Part shown: piece after piece, positions 21,604-32,328 of the stretch | How the letters are laid out: each line of letters starts with the position of its first letter | How positions within the stretch are numbered: the stretch's first letter is position 1 | From: Nitrospinaceae bacterium | GTDB lineage: Bacteria; Nitrospinota; Nitrospinia; Nitrospinales; Nitrospinaceae | Assembly (NCBI GenBank): GCA_965237905.1 | Contig: OZ250172.1 | Coordinates: forward strand, 2,624,001-2,688,000 | DNA: 64,000 nt | Direction: 5' to 3' | Translations under genes and position numbers: made by a program | Notes under the pieces: generated by a model | The model's input: the letters and a program-made list of their open reading frames with translations, nothing else | Told to the model about the DNA's origin: nothing | Databases searched by the model: none

Positions 21604-21765
21604 TCAGGTGATAAACCAGAACAGGAAAAACAGCAGTAAGGAAGCGAGTAGCACCTGCCAGACGAATCCGAAGCCCGGCCCGGTAAACAAAACCCCGAAA
21701 GTCATCACGCAAAGAATAATAAAGGCGATTATCAGACGGGTTTTCTGGTTGAGTTTGGTTTTCAT
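21604..21765 (-). CDS. Small membrane protein (53 aa, below the ORF track cutoff)
   Basis: Manual translation MKTKLNQKTRLIIAFIILCVMTFGVLFTGPGFGFVWQVLLASLLLFFLFWFIT*. Confidence 0.55.
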   Translation of the reverse strand: MKTKLNQKTRLIIAFIILCVMTFGVLFTGPGFGFVWQVLLASLLLFFLFWFIT

Positions 21766-21850
21766 GGAGTCACGGGAAATTCACGCAGAGGGGAGTAGAG
21801 TGTAGGGTCTGTTAAGGAAAGAGATGAATTTCCCGGTTCAAGCCCGAGCA

Positions 21851-22432
21851 TCAGCAAAAGTACTTTTTGATTTCTTCCACCATGAAGATATCGTTGACTT
21901 CCGACATCACATCCTCGATTTCCAGGCTATCGGCATCCTCCTCCAAAGATTGCTCCCAAAAAGGTTGCTTTTTGTCTTTGAAGCCCAGCCGGGGGTAGGA
22001 CTCCAGGAAATCCTGAATATCGGAAAGTTCAAACGCTTCTTTGATTTCAGAAATAAAATCATTCTGCAAATGCTTTAAATCTTCCAACCGTTCAAGAGAT
22101 TTCTGATAAGTACTTTCTACTGTTAGAGAATAATTCTCCTGAACTGCCGAATCATTTTTGCTGGTCGGATTGTAGATGGCGTCTTCTTCTTCGGAACTGT
22201 ACAGATACTTGGTTTTGGATTCCGCCTGCTTTACCGCAACAATAAGCGGACAGAATTTTTCACCGATCAAATAGGACAGGCCGTCATGTACGCCATACTC
22301 ATCAGAAATCTCCAATGCCTCCCGGCAATATCCTTTGATTTGGTGATAGTCTAAGGAATCCATGATGTCCGCCCTGTGAGTTGCGTTGTAATCTTGCACC
22401 TTTATTCTCTGCAATCCTGACCGCAAGTTCAA
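21851..22432 (-). CDS. Hypothetical acidic protein
   Basis: 193 aa ORF; start uncertain (MDSLDY likely). Confidence 0.65.
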   Translation of the reverse strand: MNLRSGLQRIKVQDYNATHRADIMDSLDYHQIKGYCREALEISDEYGVHDGLSYLIGEKFCPLIVAVKQAESKTKYLYSSEEEDAIYNPTSKNDSAVQENYSLTVESTYQKSLERLEDLKHLQNDFISEIKEAFELSDIQDFLESYPRLGFKDKKQPFWEQSLEEDADSLEIEDVMSEVNDIFMVEEIKKYFC

Positions 22433-22657
22433 CCTATTATTGTGATTTTAAAGGAGATGTAAATAAAATTGTGGGCAAGCATTGTTCGCTTGAGACACAA
22501 CTCCTTTATTAACAATAGGATAATAGATTTCCCCGCACGGTTCAAGCAGAGAAGAGCACTGTCCACTCATAAACTGGAGTAGAGGAGGGTTTAATGCTCG
22601 TAGCCCAAAAAAGCCCGCCAGAAGTTTCTGGCAGGCATGGATTAAAGGCAAGGTACC

Positions 22658-23008
22658 TTACTTTACCTTGGCATTACACTTTTTCTCGAGTTTGGGATCA
22701 ACCAGATTAGCGCACTGGGATTTGGTTTGGCTGGCTACCGCAAAACAATATTTTTGGAGTTCCCGGTCTTTGATAAGAGAACAGTAATACGTGGTGTGGT
22801 TTTTATTCTGATAGCGGTTCTTTTTCTGCTTTGCCGTTTTGGCTTTGTCGATTTTAAAAGCGCGGCACAGATTCAGTTGATCCAAATCTTTGTGCTCCAC
22901 GCAGGGATCACCGGCTTTTTTGGAATCCGCCGCCAGCACGGCGCTTGGAACCATGAGGACCAGGCCCATTATTAATCCCAGCAGTCCCAGACTATTCAAG
23001 TTCTTCAT
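22658..23008 (-). CDS. Secreted cysteine-rich hypothetical protein
   Basis: Signal peptide MKNLNSLGLLGLIMG...VLAA, six Cys, ggag RBS. Confidence 0.75.
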   Translation of the reverse strand: MKNLNSLGLLGLIMGLVLMVPSAVLAADSKKAGDPCVEHKDLDQLNLCRAFKIDKAKTAKQKKNRYQNKNHTTYYCSLIKDRELQKYCFAVASQTKSQCANLVDPKLEKKCNAKVK

Positions 23009-23353
23009 AGTGTTCTCCCAGTGGATTCTGAAAATGGAATTCATTCGGGTAACCGCCCGCTTCCCGGAATGTGCGGGGTGAGCCTGGACTGCGTAAATCC
23101 CGACGGCATAAAACTGTCTCTTTAAACCGCTATAAGCTAGGATATACGTTTTCTGGGGGGTGGGTCAATAGGGGAGAGGCCGGAAATGACCCGTTTTTTG
23201 ATTTTTTGCGGGTTAGGGCGGCGGGATTTGCAAGCGCTTTTGGGAGTAGAGTCAAAGACAGGTCGTTATAAACTGGATTATTCAGACCGGGTTTACTGAG
23301 GTGGAATTGGAAATCACCACCACCGAAACCATTAAGGTGACCTGCCGGAAATT

Positions 23354-23686
23354 TTACAGAAACACCTTGAATGCGCTGTCTATGATCAAATTTATGAATC
23401 CGGATCGAAAGCGTTCTAATTTCGTCAACGCCACGCCTGCTTGCCTTAAAGCATGGATCTCGGCAAGCGCTTTTTTCGCTTGCACCAAATCGCTAAAATC
23501 CTGTTCGTTTAACTCCGATCCCGCAAGCAGTTTTGTCCAGCGTTGCAAGTCGGCTTTTGATTTATCAAGAAATGTCTTGGCGTCATTGGCGGCTTCTTTC
23601 TCAAAGCCATCAAATACCTCCCTGGCCAATTCTTTCGATCCTTCTTTTACCGCTTTTAAAAAATCATCGAAATCAGACATGATCAC
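23354..23686 (-). CDS. Hypothetical protein
   Basis: 110 aa; overlaps the upstream gene by 4 bp. Confidence 0.7.
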   Translation of the reverse strand: MIMSDFDDFLKAVKEGSKELAREVFDGFEKEAANDAKTFLDKSKADLQRWTKLLAGSELNEQDFSDLVQAKKALAEIHALRQAGVALTKLERFRSGFINLIIDSAFKVFL

Positions 23687-24147
23687 TCCCCTTTATTTAT
23701 ACTGCAACTGGATGAGGCTTTTTTATTGGCCTCAAGACAGATAATTTCATCAAAGGCATCAGAAATAGGACCCTTGAATTCCTTGATAATTGCTGAGCTC
23801 ATAGTGCTCCGCTCTTCCCAGCGCATAAAAAATTTTCCGATAAGGTCACCCTCCGGGTTTATTAGAATTCTCCACTGCTGTGCCGATATGTTATTGCTCG
23901 GCACACCCTTCACGTATTCATGCGCTTTCTGCAACTCAACTTCAAGAGCTTCAATCCTTTCTTTATGAGTCGAGTATTGCTCTGTCGCCTTGTCCATTAC
24001 GGCCAATGTTTCCGTCTTTAAAGATGTCGCGTACTTGTAGGATTCCGGGCTGTAGGGTCCAATGAGTGGGGCGCAGGCTGTAATCAATGACAACGCCATT
24101 AAGACAAAAAGGGTTGAAGCTTTAGCCGTTAAGTACCGCATAGTCAT
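23683..24147 (-). CDS. Hypothetical lipoprotein
   Basis: Lipobox ITAC, aggag RBS. Confidence 0.75.
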   Translation of the reverse strand: MTMRYLTAKASTLFVLMALSLITACAPLIGPYSPESYKYATSLKTETLAVMDKATEQYSTHKERIEALEVELQKAHEYVKGVPSNNISAQQWRILINPEGDLIGKFFMRWEERSTMSSAIIKEFKGPISDAFDEIICLEANKKASSSCSINKGE

Positions 24148-24594
24148 CTCTCCTTGGGGGGTTCATATTTCCCCCACTCAATTTTTCAAAACAGGATGTA
24201 GTACGCAAAAAAAATCGGTACGCCAATATAATGAAAAGAGGGGCAAAAAGAAATAAAAAAAACCGGTTGGTAAACAGGTAACCAGTCGAGAGGTGAATTT
24301 CCTTTATATACCGCTTGTTCGTGGTTTCGGTTGTACGATTATTTATCAAGCTTACCCTTTTGTAGGCACCCCAATGGTGGTGAGCAGGGAATCGCGCGAG
24401 CGATTTGATTTTGAAAAGCATTGAAAAGACTAACCTTTTTTTTGAGTCCAAACATTGGTGCGTTTTTTGCAGCAAACCAGTACAGGAGAATTCTTTAGTG
24501 TGCAAATGGATAATTTTGGGCGTCGCGTACATCACATCGAGAGAATCCGTGAAAAGTTAAATTCTCTTGGCGCTTATCGAATAGGGGGGGATCC

Positions 24595-25965
24595 ATGGAG
24601 TATTCAAAAAAGGCTAATAGATTATCCGGTTTAATATCAATTTTTCTGTTGTTGCTTTCAGCCTGCCAGCCGCCACCTCCGGTACCGAAACCCGAAGAAG
24701 TCCTGATTGCCAAAGGTAAAGAGATTTTTTTCAACGAGACGTTCAACGGCAACGGCAGAACCTGCGGCACATGCCATCCTGAGTCCAATAACCTCACCAT
24801 TGATCCGGCGTTCATCGCCACGCTGCCCGATGATGATCCGCTCTTTGTCGCAGAGTTCATGCCCGCGTTGAAAAAGAATTTCGAAAATCCCAGACTGATG
24901 CGAGAGTTTGGGCTGATACTGGAAAACGTAGACGGGTTCGAGGATTTGGAGAATAAATTCGTGATGCGGGGTGTCCCCCACACTCTTGGCTTGCAAACCT
25001 CGGTGGATAGCCCTCAGGGGCCGCGAACCGGATGGTCCGGTGACGGCGCCCCCGAAGACGGTTCCCTGCGCTCGTTTGCGACGGGGGCGGTGACTCAACA
25101 CTTTACCAAGACCCTGAATCGTGTGCCCGGAGAGGATTTTCGACTTCCAACCGAGAAAGAACTGGATGCCCTGGAGGCGTTCCAGCTCTCATTGGGACGA
25201 CAACAGGATTTGGCTTTACCGCTTCCATTAAAAGGCACTGTACCCAAACGTGGGCAGGCAATTTTCCTGGATAACTCGTTGGGCAAGTGTAACCTTTGCC
25301 ATGCCAATGCCGGAGCCAACGCGAGTATTGGCGGTCAAGATCTTGGAAATATGAACTTCGATACAGGTGTGGAGAATCTCCCCGATCAGCCGGCGGATTT
25401 GACAGGGGAGCGGGTTCCGCCCGATGACGGATTCGGCAGGCCCGGTGATGGTACGTTCAACACCACCCCTTTAGTCGAAGCCGCCGATACCGGACCTTTT
25501 TTCCACAATAATGCGATTGAAACCATCGAGGGAACCGTGGCTTTTTACAACGGGGATGCCTTCAACAATTCAGCGGCAGGTATTTTCCTGGCGAGTATGG
25601 ATCCCAATCAAGTTGGCATCAAGCTGGACGGAACTCAAGTGGTGGCGGTGGCTGCGTTTCTGCGGGTGATCAATGCCCTTGAGAATATCAGGCAGAGCAT
25701 TGAACTTTTAAATTCAGGAAGTCGAAAAGGTTTTTTTGAAAAAAGCGAAGCGGGTGAAGTGCTGAAACTTGCTATTCAGGAGACCGATGACAGCATCGCG
25801 GTTCTCGCCGGAGCGGGTCTGAATCCTGCGGCCGTGGCACACTTGAAAAAAGCCAGGAGACTGACTCAAAAGGCAATCCACAGCTTTTTTTTCAGACAGA
25901 AAACCCTGCGTGAAGCCATTTTGGAACAGCAAAAGGCGAAACAGCAACTCGTTGAATCATCCTAG
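24595..25965 (+). CDS. Di-heme cytochrome c (peroxidase/MauG-like) lipoprotein
   Basis: Two CxxCH motifs (CGTCH, CNLCH), FNTTPL..AADTGPFFHN, lipobox LSAC. Confidence 0.85.
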   Translation: MEYSKKANRLSGLISIFLLLLSACQPPPPVPKPEEVLIAKGKEIFFNETFNGNGRTCGTCHPESNNLTIDPAFIATLPDDDPLFVAEFMPALKKNFENPRLMREFGLILENVDGFEDLENKFVMRGVPHTLGLQTSVDSPQGPRTGWSGDGAPEDGSLRSFATGAVTQHFTKTLNRVPGEDFRLPTEKELDALEAFQLSLGRQQDLALPLPLKGTVPKRGQAIFLDNSLGKCNLCHANAGANASIGGQDLGNMNFDTGVENLPDQPADLTGERVPPDDGFGRPGDGTFNTTPLVEAADTGPFFHNNAIETIEGTVAFYNGDAFNNSAAGIFLASMDPNQVGIKLDGTQVVAVAAFLRVINALENIRQSIELLNSGSRKGFFEKSEAGEVLKLAIQETDDSIAVLAGAGLNPAAVAHLKKARRLTQKAIHSFFFRQKTLREAILEQQKAKQQLVESS

Positions 25966-26002
25966 CCTTCCCGGTCGAGGGAGCGGTACTGGATGGCTTC
26001 GG
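25962..26002 (-). repeat. Duplicate of the comM 3' end (partner 28432-28459)
   Basis: 28 bp identical at 25975-26002; reads ...[12 protein letters not shown]. Confidence 0.92.
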
Positions 26003-26039
26003 AGATCGGGGTTGGTATAATTCTTGGGTTTTGTGTGGT

Positions 26040-28364
26040 TTAGTCGTCCTTTCCTATTTCAGCGGCCTCCAATAGTTCTTCAGCTAAAGCCTTTTCCTTA
26101 TCCGTTTCGTTTGCGTTTTCGGAAATACTCTTTAAGCGTTCCAACGCTTCATCGTAATCAATAAAATTTTTTAAATCTCTACGGTTCAAAGGGTAGTATG
26201 TTTTGTCTGAATGCATCCAGCTACGGCAGGCATTTAAGAATTTTAAGAATCTCTCGTCTGTGCTTTGCTGCTCCTTTACCCATTCTAGGACACCATCTTT
26301 ATCATTTGATTCGAGCCAGCTATACATCAGCTCAAGAACCTCCGGAGTATCAATAATTTTCTCGCGGTCTGAAGATTTAAATCTTTCCAGCATTAAATTA
26401 ACTGCCGTATCCAGTTCTTGCTTTGAAAATGCCCATTCATCCTCGGTTTTGGGATTGTTTCCGGTTCTACCTTGCGCAAATAATTGATCCCTAATGACTT
26501 CTGACATGAGCCAACCAATCGCTTCGCACGTTGAAAATATTTCATTGATAACCTCGTTGCGTTTGTCGCCGGGTAGTTTGGTAACTAATTTTTTAAATAA
26601 GTCTTTACCGGCACGCCATGACCATCTTACGCCCCATTGGCCTTTGCCCTCTTTCTGCCCCACCTCATCCATGTGATTCGCCAATGCCTTCAAAATTGAC
26701 GGAATGGCATCATTTGGTAGCTTTTCCTCGTCAAGGTTTTTGAGGCGGTCTATCAGCACATCAAATTTAGTGCCACCTTGTGGACGTGCCTGCTGTATGA
26801 GAGCCCTAGAAAGGTCTTCAAGGCTTTCGCCTTTTTTCGCTGAAGCTATAAAACTATACAGCTCTGTGTCTTCAAGGCCTCCCGCTGGCTGGGCAAAAGC
26901 AAAATAGTATCTGCTGTGATGGGGGCTGCCTAGCCGACAGTCCCTTTCTAATAATGAAATGTCGTCTCCACTTCCAAAATTAAAGAGACGATCCTTGTCT
27001 TCCACAGTTGCCCCTGGTTGAATTCCGGGAATGAAATCCGCAAATGACCATATTGATCGTGCGGAACTAACGCTGCTTTCCGGTAGGAGTTTTTTTAGTT
27101 CTTGCGCTAGTTTAGTTCTTTCGGTCTCATCGATAAAAGCGCCCTCAGAACCGGCAACAAATTCACGGAGGTATTGCTCAATCCATGAATATAAGGCTTC
27201 ATTTTTCAACCGAATCATTTGTAGCCAAACGAGGTCTGGGAAATCGGCTTTGTCACATATAGGCGGCCAATAAAGTTTAATCGCGTTTATAGCCCGTATT
27301 ACATCGCGGGGAGTCTCCAGAAGTCCGCCTTCCAAATCGCATACCTCATGTAATCTTTGTAAAACATCTCCTGATAACTGTTTTTCAGAAATGGCATTGT
27401 AAAATGAGAGACATTCTTCCAGAAGCCATCTTCGCAAGTCAAAAGCTTCTGGTTGTGGAACTTTAAAGCTGACTTGGATCATTTTTTTGAGAAAATCCTT
27501 GCCATTATCAATTGAAATGGCTTCTTGAAGACTTCGTGCCAGGATTTCCTGATCGAAGCAAAGGACATAGATAACATTGGGGAAATCAGCAACCGCCCTT
27601 ATGAGACGCATAACTTCGGCAGCTTCTCGTGGCTCAAGCCGATCCAAATCATCAACAATCACTACAATACGTCGGTTGAGTTTACGAAGGCCTTCTGTAA
27701 GCTCTTTCTTGACTTCCGGTAACGGTTTGCCTGAATCAAATGCATCTGCCGCATTTGCAACCTGTTCAAGTGTTGCACCCGCAAGTTGTCCCAGTGGGAT
27801 TCCAAGGGTTCCTGCAAGCCGAGCTATAGGAGCTAGCCCGCGTGATAGTTTCGAACCGTATCCGCGGAGTTGTTTGGAGAGTTTTACCGTCTCTTCTTTG
27901 AGTTTTTGTCCTTTCCCCTTTTCTGGGGCTTCGATTGCCTCCACGGCTGTAGCCAGGTCCGACATAAGTGCAGCCAGCATGCCATCCCTGTCACCCACTA
28001 ACCAAGGTTCAAACCGGACAATTTTTGGTGCTTGCTCTCGGTTATTTTCCAATTCCTCTGCTAGCAGATTAACTAAACTGGATTTGCCTGATCCCCATTT
28101 TCCCTCGATGGATATAACTAGTCCATGGTTTGCCACTTGCTTAATTAGGGATGTTGCCAGCTCTTTGGCGACAGACCGAAAACCCAAGCGATCTTCCTTA
28201 TACCCAGATGAAATTGAATGGTCAGGATCGAATTCTCCGGGGCCTAGTGGAATAGGAGTCTCAGAGTCACTTCCTCCCTCAGCCTCTTTCTGTGGCATGT
28301 CTTTTAAATCATCATCGTTTGCCATTCTCAGAATCTTTCGTCCAAAATTCAAAAGCCATTTCAT
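26040..28364 (-). CDS. KAP family P-loop NTPase
   Basis: EDRLGF, Walker A GKWGSGKS, FEPW, Walker B VIVDDLDRL, FLKKMIQV, TPRDV. Confidence 0.92.
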   Translation of the reverse strand: MKWLLNFGRKILRMANDDDLKDMPQKEAEGGSDSETPIPLGPGEFDPDHSISSGYKEDRLGFRSVAKELATSLIKQVANHGLVISIEGKWGSGKSSLVNLLAEELENNREQAPKIVRFEPWLVGDRDGMLAALMSDLATAVEAIEAPEKGKGQKLKEETVKLSKQLRGYGSKLSRGLAPIARLAGTLGIPLGQLAGATLEQVANAADAFDSGKPLPEVKKELTEGLRKLNRRIVVIVDDLDRLEPREAAEVMRLIRAVADFPNVIYVLCFDQEILARSLQEAISIDNGKDFLKKMIQVSFKVPQPEAFDLRRWLLEECLSFYNAISEKQLSGDVLQRLHEVCDLEGGLLETPRDVIRAINAIKLYWPPICDKADFPDLVWLQMIRLKNEALYSWIEQYLREFVAGSEGAFIDETERTKLAQELKKLLPESSVSSARSIWSFADFIPGIQPGATVEDKDRLFNFGSGDDISLLERDCRLGSPHHSRYYFAFAQPAGGLEDTELYSFIASAKKGESLEDLSRALIQQARPQGGTKFDVLIDRLKNLDEEKLPNDAIPSILKALANHMDEVGQKEGKGQWGVRWSWRAGKDLFKKLVTKLPGDKRNEVINEIFSTCEAIGWLMSEVIRDQLFAQGRTGNNPKTEDEWAFSKQELDTAVNLMLERFKSSDREKIIDTPEVLELMYSWLESNDKDGVLEWVKEQQSTDERFLKFLNACRSWMHSDKTYYPLNRRDLKNFIDYDEALERLKSISENANETDKEKALAEELLEAAEIGKDD

Positions 28365-28412
28365 AAAGAGTACTTCAGAGAAAAGGGTATCATTTTATAA
28401 GATTTTCCTCAT

Positions 28413-29294
28413 TCAAAAATGATTTTCCCTATCGAGGGAGCGGTACTGGATGGCTTCGGCGACGTGCTCGGCGGTGAGGGGTTCCACGCCGTCCAGGTCG
28501 GCGATGGTGCGCGAGACTTTGAGTATCCGGTCGTGCGCCCGTGCGCTCAGTCCCATCTTGTCGATCGCTAGCGCCATGATCTGCTTCGATGCGTCGTCCA
28601 ATTGACAATGTTGCTTGAGCTGTTTGGTAGTCATCCCGGCGTTGAAAAAGGTTTGAGAGTCCTTAAACCGGCCCAACTGCACCTGCCGCGCTTTTTCCAC
28701 CCTATCGCGGATGTTCGATGAAGGTTCGCCCCCCGCTTCCGATGACAGTTCCTTGTATTCCACCGACGGCACCTGGATGTGGATATCGATCCGGTCCAAC
28801 AGGGGGCCGGAAATCTTCGACACGTACTTTTTGATCATCGGCGGCGTGCAGGTGCATTCGCGTTTGGGATCGGTCCGGTATCCGCACGGGCAGGGATTCA
28901 TCGCCGCCACCAGCATGAAGTCGGTGGGATAGGTGATCGACCTGGAGGCGCGCGCGATCGACACCTTGCCGTCCTCGATCGGTTGCCGTAAAACTTCCAG
29001 CGCGTTGCGTTTGAATTCCGGCAGTTCGTCGAGGAACAACACGCCGTTGTGCGCCAGCGACACCTCGCCCGGCATCGGCACCGTGCCGCCGCCGATCAAT
29101 CCCGCGTCGGAGATGGTGTGGTGCGGCGAGCGAAACACGCGCGTGGGGATCAATCCTTTGCCGTTGTCGAGCAGTCCCAGCACGCTATGGATCTTCGTGG
29201 TTTGAATCGCCTCCTCCAGTGAGAGCGACGGCAGGATGGTCGGCAGGCGTTTCGCCAGCATCGACTTGCCGCTTCCCGGCGGCCCGATGAGGAT
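28413..29294 (-). pseudogene. comM: ComM/YifB Mg-chelatase-like AAA+ ATPase, 3' part (split by the integrated element)
   Basis: [51 protein letters not shown]. Confidence 0.95.
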
Positions 29295-29313
29295 AATATT
29301 ATATAGTATTAAA
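29293..29313. repeat. Left att junction (AT core + aatattatatagtattaaa)
   Basis: The arm is the exact reverse complement of 47702-47720. Confidence 0.93.
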
Positions 29314-29455
29314 ATGATTAAGCTCAGCCTCTTAAACCGCAGGTCATACTGTGAAGTTGTTTTTGGCGTGGAGAAAAAATTAATTCGTAATGCTTTATAT
29401 TTCAATATCTTATGAGCTCACTTTTTATAAAAAAATGATCGAAAACTCTTGAGCT

Positions 29456-29493
29456 TGATATAATGTAGTGGAAGTCATGCAGTACTACATTAT
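29456..29493 (+). promoter_or_regulatory. Extended -10 promoter overlapped by a palindromic operator-like site
   Basis: TG-A-TATAAT at 29456-29464; ataatgtagt-N14-actacattat at 29460-29493. Confidence 0.5.
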
Positions 29494-29648
29494 GTTCGAC
29501 AAAGGGTCTGCTCCACCCCAATTACACCAGCATTGAGATTGGTGAATCGTGACTAGTGAAGCCGGTTGAGGATAAATAAGCCGGACACCACGTCTGGGGT
29601 AGCCCCACAACGTAACATTTGAGCTTAAAACCATAAGTCGGGCTGAAC

Positions 29649-29724
29649 AAAAAACCGGCTCTAGGTGAAGCATCTGCATTGGATTGATCTTCTTTGCGTA
29701 TGCAGCACCTAGAGCCGGTTTTTT
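29649..29724. terminator. Long hairpin with A/T tails (bidirectional terminator or attenuator-like)
   Basis: Perfect 19-bp stem aaaaaaccggctctaggtg / cacctagagccggtttttt. Confidence 0.65.
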
Positions 29725-29768
29725 ATTCACCCAACAATCTATTTATCACTTATTGAAAGGACAAGACA

Positions 29769-30338
29769 ATGAACAACTTAAAGCAGGCTGGAAATAAAAA
29801 TATTCACTTGGTACGGACATCTCCAGATCAATACAAGGGAAAAATAGGGGAAAGTTGGAGAAAAACCCTAAAGGGCATTTTGGAAACGGCAAAATTATTG
29901 GTTGAAGCAGAACTCCATCTCCATAAGGAAGACTGGAATGCACTTCTAGAAGATGGGTTACCATTTCACCGGACCATAGCCTACAAATTGATTAAGGTAG
30001 CAAAGGATAGCCGAATTAACGATCCTGCACATGTGCATCTGATGCCCTCGTCTTATGGAACTTTATATGAAATTGCCAAATTGAAGGATGAGGAGTTTGC
30101 CAAAGCAAAAGAAAGCCATGTATTAAATTCCAAGGTTCAGCGAAAAGACATAATCTCCTTTATAAAGAAAGAAAGAGGACTTGAGAACAAACCAAAAACT
30201 AACCAAACTTCGGGCAAAAAAATTGCGGAATTGTTTGTGGACGAAGAAAAGGTAGATCCCTTAAAAGCACTGAAGAAATTAGCAGAAGTTTTCGCGGAAA
30301 TGGATGGAGTTCATATAAAATACATTCAGGCTAAATAA
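29769..30338 (+). CDS. DUF3102-like mobile element protein
   Basis: ILETAKLLVEA...WNALLE..LPFHRTIAYKLIKVA...LYEIAKL resembles DUF3102; aagga RBS. Confidence 0.65.
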   Translation: MNNLKQAGNKNIHLVRTSPDQYKGKIGESWRKTLKGILETAKLLVEAELHLHKEDWNALLEDGLPFHRTIAYKLIKVAKDSRINDPAHVHLMPSSYGTLYEIAKLKDEEFAKAKESHVLNSKVQRKDIISFIKKERGLENKPKTNQTSGKKIAELFVDEEKVDPLKALKKLAEVFAEMDGVHIKYIQAK

Positions 30339-30450
30339 TTGGCAAAGCGATCAAGGGGTCCTGTAATTAGAAAGGACCCCCTAATCCAATATATTGTGTG
30401 GAATCCATTGCTAATTTAAACTCGAATATTTACACACTTTTTTTACAAAA

Positions 30451-32178
30451 ATGCCAAAAGCTTACTCATACATCCGAATGTCTACCCAAAAGCAGTTGAA
30501 GGGAGACAGCTTAAAAAGGCAGCTTGACTTATCAAAGGAATATGCCAAGCAACATAACTTAGAGCTAGACGAATCTATAAGAGATATCGGGATATCAGCG
30601 TTTAAAGGGAGAAACATCGAGGAAGGAGCTTTAGGGAAGTTTTTAAAGAAGATCCAAGATGGAGAAATCGAAGGTGGATCGTACTTGTTAGTTGAATCAC
30701 TTGATCGGCTATCAAGGAATGATGTCTTGACTGCCTTGAGCCATTTCATCTCAATTATTAATGCAGGGGTTAGAATTGTCACCTTGGCGGACAACAGAAT
30801 TTATTCCACTGAAGCGATAAAAGCCAATTACACAGAGTTAATAATCAGCCTTACCATCATGAGTAGAGCGCATGAGGAATCTTTGCAAAAGAGTCAACGT
30901 GTTTCAAAGGCTTGGGAAAGCAAAAGAGATAATCTGGAGCATAAAAAGATGACCTCAAAATGTCCAGCATGGTTGCGTTTGTCAAAAAATAAAAAAGAAT
31001 TCGAAATCATTGAAGACAGAGCAGAGTTGATCCGCAAAATATTCTCAGATAGCTGTAATGGGATGGGAAATTATTCGATTGTAAGAAACCTGAATGAAAA
31101 AAAAATTAAAAGCTGGGGGAAATCAACTGGATGGCAACCCTCTTACATCCAAAAAATATTGAATAATCGTGCTGTATTAGGAGAATTCCAACCGCATAAA
31201 TTAATCGAAAAAAAAAGAATCCCAATTGGCGAACCGATTAAAACGTATTACCCAAAAATAATCAATGAGGATCAATTTTATGAGGTGAAAGAAGGAAAAA
31301 ATAATAGAAATATAGGCGGCGGAAGGAAAGGAATAAATATATCAAACCTGTTCTCCCAAATAGCCAAATGCGGATATTGCGGAAGCTCTATGCACTATTT
31401 AAATAAAGGCAGGCCGCCGAAGGGAGGAAGGTATTTAGTTTGCGATAAAGCAAACCGAAAGCTCGGATGCTATATGTCTCTGTGGACATATGATGACTTT
31501 GAGATAAACTTTTTAACATTCGTTTCGGAAATCAATTTAGGAGAGTTATTCAAAGATAAACCCGATACCGAAATTGAAAACTTAAATAAATTGCTGACGT
31601 CCAAAAGGCAGGTGTACCAAGAAAATCAATCAAAAATTCAAAAGTTCACTAATCTGTTTTTGGAAATGAAAGAACCCCCAATATCTTTTGCAGAGAATGC
31701 GAAGGCTTTGGAAAGCGAAAACTCCGAGATTGAAATTGAAACTAAAGAGCTAGAGAGAAAAATAACAAAAATTAAAAGCAACCCTCAGGAGATAAAGGAT
31801 TGTCAGGGAGAAATCCAATTGTTTCTAAGTGAATTAAAAAACTTGGAGGGGGATGACCTCCTTATAGCTCGCTCAAAGATTAACCAAAACATTAAAACTT
31901 TAATTGAACGGATTGATGTGTTTTCCGTTGGCTTTGTGCAGGACGAATCGAGAATACGATTTTTGGAGAGTAAATTGGCGGAAATTGGTTTCAATGAGAG
32001 GAAAATAAAGGATTATTTTAAGTCGATTCAAAAATCATATAATCAAAAAACGGCAAGGCATTATATGGTGCTCTTTAAGGACGGTTCATTCAGATTTATT
32101 AGGCCAGGTTTTAGGGATCCGAAAATATATGTGACTATGACAACTCCTTTAATAAATCTTGATTTTTCCCGCCTTTAG
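30451..32178 (+). CDS. Large serine recombinase (integrase)
   Basis: YSYIRMST catalytic Ser, ESLDRLSR, recombinase domain, zinc ribbon CGYCG...C...C, coiled coil; 575 aa. Confidence 0.96.
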   Translation: MPKAYSYIRMSTQKQLKGDSLKRQLDLSKEYAKQHNLELDESIRDIGISAFKGRNIEEGALGKFLKKIQDGEIEGGSYLLVESLDRLSRNDVLTALSHFISIINAGVRIVTLADNRIYSTEAIKANYTELIISLTIMSRAHEESLQKSQRVSKAWESKRDNLEHKKMTSKCPAWLRLSKNKKEFEIIEDRAELIRKIFSDSCNGMGNYSIVRNLNEKKIKSWGKSTGWQPSYIQKILNNRAVLGEFQPHKLIEKKRIPIGEPIKTYYPKIINEDQFYEVKEGKNNRNIGGGRKGINISNLFSQIAKCGYCGSSMHYLNKGRPPKGGRYLVCDKANRKLGCYMSLWTYDDFEINFLTFVSEINLGELFKDKPDTEIENLNKLLTSKRQVYQENQSKIQKFTNLFLEMKEPPISFAENAKALESENSEIEIETKELERKITKIKSNPQEIKDCQGEIQLFLSELKNLEGDDLLIARSKINQNIKTLIERIDVFSVGFVQDESRIRFLESKLAEIGFNERKIKDYFKSIQKSYNQKTARHYMVLFKDGSFRFIRPGFRDPKIYVTMTTPLINLDFSRL

Positions 32179-32328
32179 ATCAAGTTAAATCCTCTATGAT
32201 CTATTCTTTTTTTGGCCTGATATTATGGGTTACTCCAAAACGAATCTTCTTTTAATCCAAGATAATCAAATCATACATGGTAGGCACATGTGCCACGAAT
32301 CTTAGGAGATTAAATCAAACCTAACAAC

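Noticed and set aside
23045..23140. c-di-GMP riboswitch upstream of 22658-23008
   Set aside because: Only a vague 3' resemblance; the conserved P1/P2 core motifs are not visible.
23270..23353. Possible orphan gene-end remnant (NWIIQTGFTEVELEITTTETIKVTCRK)
   Set aside because: Looks protein-like but no partner copy was found in this window, so it cannot be supported.
29295..29405. N-terminal 37 aa of ORF 28413-29405 as real ComM sequence
   Set aside because: It lies inside the inserted element (TTG start, no RBS); chance in-frame extension across the att site.
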